The notes under the pieces: model-generated
Seen by the model: only the letters and a program-made list of their open reading frames with translations
Database searches by the model: none
Told to the model about the DNA's origin: nothing
Position numbers and translations under genes: made by a program
NCBI RefSeq assembly: GCF_006345805.1
Contig: NC_043005.1
Span: 21,638,001 to 21,702,000 of the forward strand
Direction of reading: 5' to 3'
DNA: 64,000 nucleotides
Source of the DNA: Octopus sinensis
Taxonomy: Eukaryota
Part shown: positions 1 to 11,663 of the stretch, piece by piece
Layout of the letters: every line of letters starts with the position of its first letter
How positions within the stretch are numbered: the first letter of the stretch is position 1

Positions 1-106
1 TACAATGATGAATTTAAGTTGTGTGATCTGAGTAATGCGACTCAGTTGAGTGATGATGTACTTAAACCCAGCGATGGAAAATGGGATATATACTTAACTA
101 ACCCAG
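1..106 (+). CDS. Exon C0 (5' end outside window): PAN/Apple-like subtype C
   Basis: [35 protein letters not shown]; donor CCAG|GTCAGT at 106/107; near-identical to the 3' part of exon 62091-62327. Confidence 0.9.
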
Positions 107-432
107 GTCAGTAAAGTGTTTCTATTTCATTTGTTGTGTGCATGCCTGGTGTATTTACATAAATGTGTGTGTGTGTGTACATATTTATCTATTTATGTGT
201 CTATATATTTATATACATAATCATATATATATACAGGTATGTTGGTCCATGCAGGAAAAAGAGAACTCAGACTATGAGTACATGTATATTTTTATTACTA
301 TTTAGCAGAAGTAACAGAGTGACTCAAGGTTTGGGATTTTGTGCATTGGCACTTATCAAAGTTTGATAAGTGCCAGCACATGCAACTCTCAGACCTTGAG
401 TCACTCTGTTACTTGTGCTAAATAGTAATAAG

Positions 433-469
<37 letters not shown>

Positions 470-714
470 ATATATATATATATGTGTGTGTGTATATATA
501 TATATATGTGTGTGTGTGTATATATATATGTGTGTGTGTGTATGTGTCTCTCTCTCTCTTGTTTCTCTCCTTGTGTTTTTCTGTGTCTCTTTCTGTAGAA
601 GAGCTTAGGCTCGAAATGTAAAAGACTTTTTCAATTCCTGAGCGTTATACTAATACATCTGTTTGTTTTCTACACCACCTGTCTTCATCTTTTGTTTTTT
701 TGTAAGCTCTCCCT

Positions 715-746
<32 letters not shown>

Positions 747-3700
747 TAAAGCAGCAGAAAATTCAACAAAACCTGTTACTCTGAGTTTCCTGTTGCCGTT
801 CATTGGACAGTTTTTGCTAGAATGGAACCGATATGTCCATATCGGTTCCATTCTAGCAAAAACTGTCCGATGAACGGCAACGGGAAACTCAGAGTAACAG
901 GTTTTGTTGAATTTTCTGCTGCTTTAAATAAAGCATATTACTCTACCACTGGTATTTGAGTACTCTTTTTTCCACCTTGTTTCACATTTATGTGTTTACT
1001 CCGGTATATATATATATATATAGCCTCAGTATATTCCATTACAATTTGCCTTTCTTCAGTGTTAGAGTTACAGCTAGCCTGCCTTTAATTTAATTTATTG
1101 TTTTTATTCTAATATTCCTCTTCGTTGTTATGAGCCTGCATCAGTATTGTCTCTATCCTGAGCTTGTTTCATTTTCAGTCTGTTGAAAATTTATATATCA
1201 TGTTCTTAGTATATTTCCCCCCTCGTTCCAGTCATGCAACTTCTTTGTTCACAGTACACCCACCCATTTCTGCCACTTCATCTATACTACAAGTCTTCCT
1301 TCTATACCAGATACTCTTCTTCTTCTTCTTCTCCTTCTTCTTCTTCTTCTTCTTCTTCTTCTTCTTCTTCTTCTTCTTCTTCTTCTTCTTCTTCGTCTTC
1401 GTCTTCGTCTTCTTCTTCTTTTTCTTCTTCTCCTGCTGCTGCTCCTCCTTCTTCTCCTCTTCTTGAAACTTATCTCGTGTATCAGAAACACTTTTACTTT
1501 CCTCACCAAATTTCTACTCCCATCAGCACTTTATCAACCACACTATTGCAATACCAAAGGCATAGCTAGCATCCTCACCTTGCTAATGTAACTCAAGCAT
1601 ACTTACCAGTTCACTAATTAATCTGTATTATTTATATTTCATAAACAATGGTCGTCTGCTACACACTCTTCTAGTAGATGCAATGGGGATAGGCTGATAT
1701 AGTTTTTACTTGTTGGTGACATTCATGCAAATATATTCAGATGCTGAATACTATTCACCATCACCTATTCCTTCTTATTATCAATTACACATCCTTGGAG
1801 TGAACATAATCAATGTAAGCACATTGAAAGTTAGGTCTGGTAGTAAGATTGTCTAAATGCAAGAAAAGAAGCATGAAGATGTGTGATGCATTCAAGAAGT
1901 AAGGTGGAGGGGTGCTTCAGCCAGGTTCATCACAGGCAAAGAACATAAATATAAAATATTCTGAGTAGATAGTGGTGATCGGCTAGATTATATAGGCATA
2001 TTTCTAGATAAAAATTGGCTGGGTAAATTGATCAAGGTAGTCAGAATGTGTGACAGGATACATATGCTTAGATGAGTTTTGCAAAGTAGTACAACTACAT
2101 TAAATTTTACATTGGATCAACCATGGATTTAAAAAAAAACTTTCCCACTCATGTAAATATTTCTTCCTCCAACACAAGACATGTTCATGAAATATTAGTC
2201 TTGGAATATATGCATGACATTAGATAAAAAAATATACACACTATAAATTATAGTAGCTATACTACATACAATGGATCCCTATAAAGAAGATAGATGTAAC
2301 TACTGTTTATGCATAAATAAAGCATTGGAAATTTTTATGGGTAGAGAATAATAGAAACAAAATGATCATTCACTGTTTGCAGAAAAACTCTTGACTATTC
2401 AATTTCTATAAGAACAGAAGTATAAAATATGAAGTTACAATATTCACATTTCACATCTATATTTGAATTATAAGTATGGAAGAACATAAGTAGTTGATCT
2501 AACCATATTGAAATTCCTACATATTGTCTTATACCTGTCTATAGCATCATCATCATCAACCAATATCTTCCTTAAGTCAAAACTTTGCTCCTGCACTTTC
2601 AGCAAAACATTGCAGATAGAATAGTTTCTTGACCAAAAGAAGGTTGCAAGTTGGAGATACAGGTTTATGCACTGAGGGACCCATCCACCCTCATGTCACT
2701 TTCAATAATTTTCCTTGAAGAGAATATGTTCCTCTCCATTCTCATCTTCTTTACACAGTGAAACTTTAAAAATACAGATTACAGATTGACTGAAGACATT
2801 AAGTCCAAATTGCCAGGCCTTTCAGCCTCATCCATCACACAACCTCTTTTGCTATAGCTAGCAGACAGAGGAAAAGGAACATCTCTGCTCAGTTAAAGGA
2901 GGATTTGAGGTAATCAAAATGATGGACTTGAATTACCAGATCTGTCCCACACACAATAGCATCAGTTTGACATAAGTCTGCATGTGACAAATTTCTGGAC
3001 ATGGAATATAAATTGTTTTGAATAAAATAAACAGTGAATTTAGAAATAATATTTCACAGGAAAAGCCACAAAGACAAAAAGGCTTTAAGATTAGGAAAAT
3101 ACATACCAAGTCCATCAATAATATAGAACAGTAGACAGAAATAGATACATGGGATTATTTTATGGTCTTCAGCAAAAATAGTTATGAAAGACTGCTTTTG
3201 TTATTTCAATGTGGCCAAAATGCTCTGGATACTCAGTTCCGTTTCCAACATGACTTTGATATTGAGCCTGTCAGTGATCATTTGTTGAGAATCCAGTTGC
3301 TACCCTGTTTTGTATTGCTTGCCCACCCATCATTGTTTCTGGGTATTTAATACCTGCCTTTGTAAATGAAATATGTCAGTGAAACGTTATTAACAGAATC
3401 ATAATATAAAATGTAAGAAGTTAAGGGCTGAAAGACTTGCCTGAGAGGGTCTTCTCTGAAGATCTGTTGTTCAGGTCCCTTGAGAGTTTCTTGCCACTAA
3501 ATGTGAAGACAATTAAAAAAGGGAAGGAAAAAATTAAAAGATAATAAGGAGCCCAAGACTTAGCTCATTCATATTCTTCTGAACTAAACTATACTGATTG
3601 CACGGGAGGAAATTTTATCAAAATAATAGTGGTAGCTACTAGGTCATTTGTCATAAGTGTGTATTTAGCCGGCTAGAAAGAAGTAGGGAGGCTTGCACTG

Positions 3701-6700
3701 AGAAAAACATTAATGATCTTCATATCTAACCAACAAAGAATTGAAATACCAATTACTATTAAATGCTTAATGATGGTTAATGATTAGAATACGTTGATGT
3801 TGTAACTTCCAAATTCACTTTCTTGTTCCTGTGCTTTAGTGTATCTTATTGATAAGTGAGTAATATCAAGCAAATATTTTAATATGTATTTTATTTAATA
3901 TATTAAAAACCAGAAATTCCTTCTGACTTATCCTTAACTTACTCTTAAAATATCTCAATAAACTTAATTCTTCTTTATTATATTTTTCTGAAATCATTCT
4001 AATATTAACTGTATCCTTAATAATTAACTGGAGGTGGAATAATCTGACTTACAGGGGGACAATTGACTGTTCTCTTTGTTATAAATACTTCACCCTGTCT
4101 TCAGTTTGAGAATATATTCACATCATGACTTGCATAACATTTTTTCCTTTAATAATACTTCAACAATTAGGAAGAATTTTAATTTGCTCTGTTTTGTCTT
4201 TTGCCACAACCTGAATCTAATAAAGCAAGATAATAAATTTCAATGCTTTCTTAGTCAGAGGCAAAGAACTTGTATGTTTATTTTGGTATAAGCCACCCAT
4301 TTTTATCTAGTTGGTCAAACATTGACCAAAACTGTCTTATAATAAGTGACATAGTTCCTGTAACCATTGCTTTGGTCATTACTGGAAGACAGTATGGTTT
4401 AGCTCTGGAGAAGATTAATAGAGTATGTTCTCCACTTTCTTCAATTGTTTGATTATGACATTTATTAATAAATGTGACTATTGTATTTGGGAACTATGAT
4501 ACTCCAAACTTATCAGAAACTCATGTAAGCTAACTGGAATAAAATATGTAAATATCCATCATTTTTGTACCTTTCTTATAATACTCTGTAACTACATACC
4601 AGCTTTACTCGGTGACTAAACTTTGAGACTTACAAATTGGACTGGTAATGTTTTGTTAAAGCATGGATTATCTGGATTTCTAAATCTATCATGGCTCAGC
4701 TTTGTTAGTCTGGTTTCCTTTTCTACACAGAGAGCTTACATGATATTTCACCAGGATCCTTAATCATTTCTTTTCATGTGATATATGTATGTCTGTATGT
4801 GTGTGTGTCAATATCTTTAGTTTGTTACAGTCAATATCTTATATTCTAGATTTGTCATTATCTCTTCATTCACATCCTCCTCCTGACATATATTGACCAT
4901 TGATATTAATTTCTATTATCACTTCCAGTTATTACAATAGTTAACTGTGGACCTCCCAAAGATGTTGTTGAAGCAAAGAAGTCCTACACTACCACCACCT
5001 ATAAATCTGAAGTGACCTACACATGTCCAGGAGGACGAAAGTTGAAGTCAAAGTGTAAAGACGACAATAAATGGACTCCAGTTACATCCAATTGCAAAGG
5101 TAATGTAAATAGGTTCTCTTTCGTTGTCTCTTTCTAGGTTTTTTTTTATTAAATATCTTTGTCAGAGAAAGAATGACTGTATCCACGACAATTTCCATGG
5201 TATTTGTGGCTGGTTGAAGGGAGAGAGAAACCTATCCTCAGAGGAGAAAACTTCCTAAATCTATGCAATAGAGAGAGCATAATTAAAGCTATCCAAGATT
5301 CAGACAATGGTATTAATTTGGGTAATGGATTAAATCTGCCAAACAAGAGCAGCAAATGAGGCAGTGTATTCTCTCCAGCAGGCGTCTGTATATTTTGTAT
5401 CTAACATATTCCATTCAAAATCCTTTGTCCTGAAGCGGATTTTTAATTATGGAGCCATAAGTCCACACAATGCCACATTCTTGTTCAGTAAAATCTACAG
5501 CTCTACCTCAGCAAATCTAGGAAGTTTTTCTCTTAAATTCTAACTTCAGCTTTCTTTCCCACACTTCATTTCATCCCCTGAAACTCTGTAGAATATAGTG
5601 CATGGAATTTTTCTTTACTAGAAAAAGTTCTGATGCTCTAATGGTCTTCCATTCCACCATCCTAAATCATTATGAGACAAATGATGATAGTGCTTTTAGA
5701 TAGAAAAAGAGGCAACATTTTTCATTAGAAAGATGTTAGTATCATTACCTCCAGTACTTGATTGCTATTTTGTGTTGTTGACCCACCCCTGACAGGAATG
5801 AAAGATAAAGTTAATATAGGCGTAGGAGTGGCTGTGTGTTAAGTAGCTTGCTTACCAACCACATGGTTCCAGGTTCAGTCCCACTGCGTGGAACCTTGAG
5901 CAAGTGTCTTCTACTATAGCCTCAGGCTGACCAAAGCCTTGTGAGTGGATTTGGTAGATGGAAACTGAAAGAAGCCCATGTATATATATATATATATATA
6001 TATAGCATGGAAAGCGGACGTTAAACGATGATGATGATGATGATGATGATGATATATATATATATGTATGTGTGTGTGTATATGTTTGTGTGTCTGTGTT
6101 TGTCCTCCCCAACATCGCTTGACAAACGATGCTGGTGTGTTTATGTCCCCATAACTTAGCGGTTCGGCGAAAGAGACCGATAGAATAAGTACTAGGCTTA
6201 CAAAGAATAAGTCCTGGGGTCGATTTGCTCAACTAAAGACAGTGCTCCAGCATGGCCACAGTCAACTGACTGAAACAAGTAAATGAGTATGGGCTGGATT
6301 TCAACTGCGAACATGATGAGCCTGTATACATACCATAAAGCATCTCTTCCAATGCTGTAATTAGTATACAGGTATACATTTAATATAAAGATTAAAATGA
6401 TGATGAAATCCTTTTCAAAGTAGAAGGAATTTTATCTTGGACCAATTGAAGAACCACCCACATCAAAGGTCACCGTGAACTTCTGAGACAAGAGTCCTTT
6501 CCGTTCAATATTCTTTGACCTACAGGTTTATGCTATGTGGAACCCACCTACCCTCATGTCACTTTAAATAATTTTCCTTGAAGAGAATATGGTCCTCTCC
6601 ATCCTCCTTTTCTTTACAAGTGAAACTTTAAAAATACAGATTACAGATTGACCAATGAGCAAATTCCCAATTACCAGACCTTTCAATCTCATCCACCACA

Positions 6701-9700
6701 CAACATCTTTTGCTATGGCTAACAGACAGAGGAAAAGAAACTTCTCTACTCAGTTAAAGGAGGATGAGGGGCTGTCATAATGATGGACTTGAATTACAAC
6801 CAGATCTGTCCCACACACAATGGCAGCAGTTTCACATAAATCTACATGTGACAAATGCCTGGACATGGAATAAGTGCATGGAACAGCACTCTTGGACAGA
6901 AATGTTTGATGGTATATCCATGACTGTAGATCTTGTCTTGTACCAGTAATGCACTTTGGTAGTATTGCCAAGGATTCCAGGTAGTTGTTCATAGTATTCT
7001 CTGATGAAAAGGATCTTTGAAACAATCTTTCCAGTTCATTCTCATGAATGCCTAGAATATCCTTGAGAATATTGGTTCTCTTTCCCCTCTGCTAATCTTC
7101 TATAGATTGCTAGAGTGTAACACCTACCAATTCCATTGTCCAGGTTAGGTTTGATGTGGCATACTTAGGATTACATTAGGTAATCTGACCTTCCCTTCTT
7201 AAGATTGTGGAATATAATTAAGAGAGATTTAGTTAATATATCTAACATGTTGGACATCCAATAGAGTGCTTCCACCATGGTGGTCAACAGTAAATATTAA
7301 CCCTCTGAAAGATCTTATACAGCTTATCTGTCAGTATAATCTGATGCCTGGTTCAACACTACCACATGACCCTTCAGGGGCAAATGTAGTCGAGAATACA
7401 TCAGCAATGATAACATATTTATTAGAGATGCATGCATTCACATTGAGCCACAGATGCATTGATTGGGCAGGGATGATATGAATCTCACAGGTGTAGAATG
7501 GAGGATACCGTCAACACTTCATGAGATTGCTGTTTCTGTCATGAATTGCTATGTCAGAAATAAAAATATGACCTCATTTTAATCAGTCATGTATTTATTA
7601 TTTAAGTATATGACAAACACAATTAGAGAAAGCAATGAGATTGTGTGCCATTCGCATCTTTCTGAAGGGCAGTAATTGTCTATGTAAATTGAACTGACTT
7701 AGATTGACAATCAAATCCAGATTATTGACTCACACCACTCAATTCATATATATACATTAAAAGAACAACTAGGGAAAAATACTCATATGACTTACAGCAT
7801 GAAAAATAAATAATAATGTGTGGGGCAAAAGTGTATTTACTAGCATGCAAGCATCTCATTATCATTTCCAAAACTCTATTAATGAGCTTCTCATTAATCC
7901 ACAAAATACACAGTGATTCTTCAGAGCATAGTCAGCATCTCTTGTAAAGAGCATTGTACGATTATGCATGTCATATTGTGGTCCAAGTGAGATCGTATTC
8001 GATCATATTATCTTTAAGTTGCCACAAAAGTACCAACATCACTGGGATATCTCTTGGCATGCTAGTAAATGACCATTCGCACCATATAGTAGATACAAAT
8101 TAGCATAACCGTTGACAAAATTAATAATCACAATTTACCTAATTGTATGGATGAATAACAACTTCCTTATTTTTAGAAATACCCCACCATATAATTTATC
8201 AACACCACTGGGATAATTCTTGCCCCTTGTATACTGCTTAGAGAGAGCTAAAGGCTAACTTGGGCCTGTCAATATATATCGCTATCCAAAAGATGAAAAC
8301 ACAACAAACCTACGAGTGACTACACTGGATATCCTAAACCTGGCATTGATGTTTTCTACAGGCTATTGGTTGTTTGATTAGCTGCACATTCAAAAAACAC
8401 CCTTCTACTCTGTGCACCATTGTAGACTGCATATGCATGCTATTATGGACTACAACCAATATGCCTAAATGGAATATATAATCAGAGATTACACTATGTT
8501 CATGCAATTCTTGATCTGTTGCTGACTTATGTCATTTAGTTGTTTCATTATTATATTGCATAATTGTACTTGCCACCTCTTCTTATGCATAACATCTCTG
8601 TGTCTGTGTGTCCGATTTATCTATTTGTACTTAAATGGTTGTGTATCTGTGCACGATTACATACATCTATGTGCCTATTCATATACACTTATATAGATGT
8701 GGAAGTATCTATGTACAGAAATGTGTTTCAGTGTATGCGTGAGCATATATTTCCATGAAGATGTGCCTAGAAATGTATGTAAATGTGCCTTATATACAAA
8801 TAACTGTAAATATATGTATATTCATACATATACATATAGCAATATATACCAGACTGTGTGAATATGTTCATGTGAGTATATATGAGTGTATATCAATATT
8901 TATTTCTGTATTTAAGTGTGTATAAGTACCATAAATATAAATCAGTGAGACTGAGTGTTGCGCAGCATAGAATGTGTGACCCCCACCAAGCGGTATTGTT
9001 TCACTTGCCACTAATCAACACCAGCTTTATTAACACTTACTTAATTCTGTGTACAAATGTCTGTATGTGTGCCAGACCACACGTCTGTGTGTTTGTATGA
9101 GCATGTATACATATTCCAGGCCATTTATATGTGGGTGTTGTACATCCATATCTATTAACAGTGTCATGTAATAACTGTTTTTGCTGTATTGTGTATTTGC
9201 TTCTTTTTGTATCTGATCTTTTTGATCAAGCTTCCATAAGAATGAAACTCTATCCCTTAACTTGCCATTTCTATCTATGAAGGCCAAAAAGAAACTAAGC
9301 AATAATAAGTTGTGTGAAACAGTTTATTTTAATGAGACACCTCTTGAAATCACCTGAAGAAACACAGCTACACTGACGGAACCTGATTCCTTTATATGTA
9401 TCCTCAATGCAGAATTTGTGAATTTGTGTTTAAGTTCTGTATCTATCATAAATATTGGTAACATCAACAATAATTATATTCTTGTTAACAACGGATGGAA
9501 TCCATAGAGCATCAGACAAACTGCACTGGGTATTTTTGTTCTAGATGTATTATATAACTTTTGAATTCAAATTCTGCTAATGTCAACTCTGCCTTTTCAG
9601 GCCCATTAAAATTTTTAAAAAACCAGTCAAGTGTAGGAGTCAACTTAATTGATTAACTTCTACCTCAAATGTTTGTCTTTTTTCTATATTAGAAATCATT

Positions 9701-11175
9701 GTTGTTTTTGGTGTTTACATTTGTCTCAATCTTCCTTTAATTCCAGTTTCTAAGATCCATTTTGTGAAAGTAAAAGGTGCAATTCTGGATGTACCTGGAA
9801 AAACTTTGGGGAGTACTGAAAGTGTAACAACAGATGTCTGTGCAGAAAAATGTTTGTCTGACAAAAATTGTTTATCATTTGAAATGAAGAGAAAAAGTGG
9901 AAAATGCTACTTATCAAAGGAAACTGCAGCTTCCTCCAAGAAAATAAAAGCAGCCAAAGGCAAAGATTACTACCAACGAGTAAATGGTAATTATTCTTTG
10001 TGTTTCTATTTTCTATAACAGAAAGTGACCTGATCTTAGACCATGTACTGAAACAAAAACAATTGCAGCATGGAAGGTGTTTATAAACCATTTAAAAACA
10101 CACAAAAACTGTTAGATTCACTTCAACATTTAAATTTAATTTGCCAAAATATTTTTGTCGCTGTGAGACTGCGACCTGTTCACTGACAAAATTCTGTGCT
10201 TTATCTATTTTGGCAAATTAAAATGAAATGTAGAAGTGAATCTAACAGGTTTTGTGTGTTTTTAAATGGCTTACAAGACCTTCCATGCTGCAATTGTTCT
10301 ATTTTCTAGTTTTACTGAAATTTGTGATTCCATTTCTATGTCATAGTACAGTCTATTCCAATAGAACATCCACTTCACTGGCACCTCTGTCGGTGGCACG
10401 TGTAAAAGATTCAAGCAAGGTCATTGCCAGTACCGCCTGACTGGCCCCCGTGCAGGTGGCACGTAAAAAGCACCCACTACACTTTCGGAGTGGTTGGCGT
10501 TAGGAAGGGCATCCAGCTGTAGAAACTCTGCCAGATCAAGACTGGAGCCTGGTGCAGCCATCTGGTTGCCAGCCCTCAGTCAAAACCGTCCAACCCATGC
10601 CAGCATGGAAAACGGACGTTAAACGATGATGATGATGATGATATATATATATATATATATATATAGTATTTACAGTTCCTAAAATTGCTTATTTCAGGAA
10701 TGTGTTTGTGCCTGTGGTTATAGATAAACTTGCCAATGTCTTTAAAGAAACAGTTCTATATATATCGTGCCGGTGGCACACATAAAGCACCATCCGACCG
10801 TGGCTGTTGCCAGCTTCGTCTGGTCTCCATGCCGGTGGCACGTAAAAAGCACCATCTGATCATGGCCGTTTGCCAGCCTCGCCTGGCACCTGTGCTGGTG
10901 ACACGTAAAAAGCACCCACTACACTCACGGAGTGGTTGGCGTTAGGAAGAGCATCCAGCTGTAGAAACACTGCCAGATCAGACAGGGCCTGGTGCAGCCT
11001 TCTGGCTTCCCAGACCCCAGTTAAACGGTCCAACCCATGCTAGCATGGAAAGCGGACGTTAAACGATGATGATGATGATGATGATATATATATATAGGAA
11101 TATATATATATTTCAGGAATGTGTTTGTGCCTGTGGTTATAGATAAACTTGCGAATGTGTTTAAAGAAACAGTCC

Positions 11176-11226
<51 letters not shown>

Positions 11227-11240
11227 TATATATAGGACTG

Positions 11241-11282
<42 letters not shown>

Positions 11283-11631
11283 ATATTGTATAGAGGGCAT
11301 TATTACACATAAATGCCTCACACTAGGAGGGACAAAGTCATTACTACCAAAATTATACTAATCATACCCAAATGCAGTTTTTCAAAGCAAGACATTTTGA
11401 AAAACTGCATTTGGGTATGATTAGTATAATTTTGGTAGTAATGACTTTGTCCCTCCTAGTGTGAGGCATTTATGTGTAATAATGCCCTCTATACAATATA
11501 GATATAATTAATTTGTTCAAAAGGAAAAAAATTATTTTTGAATTCTTTTCTTTTATGAAGTTTTCACGCTAGCTACCCGATAATTTCTTGTTAAGATCCC
11601 TTATTAAGAGATTATCCTTAATTGTTAAACT

Positions 11632-11663
<32 letters not shown>

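Noticed and set aside
1164-1569. Poly-Ser, poly-Phe and poly-Arg ORFs
   Set aside because: Translations of the (TCT)n microsatellite.
5819-5900. tRNA-like A and B boxes
   Set aside because: SINE head, multiple copies, no cloverleaf; not a tRNA gene.
10769-10915. Three repeats of about 62 bp resembling a CRISPR-like array
   Set aside because: Eukaryotic SINE subrepeats with no unique spacers or cas genes.
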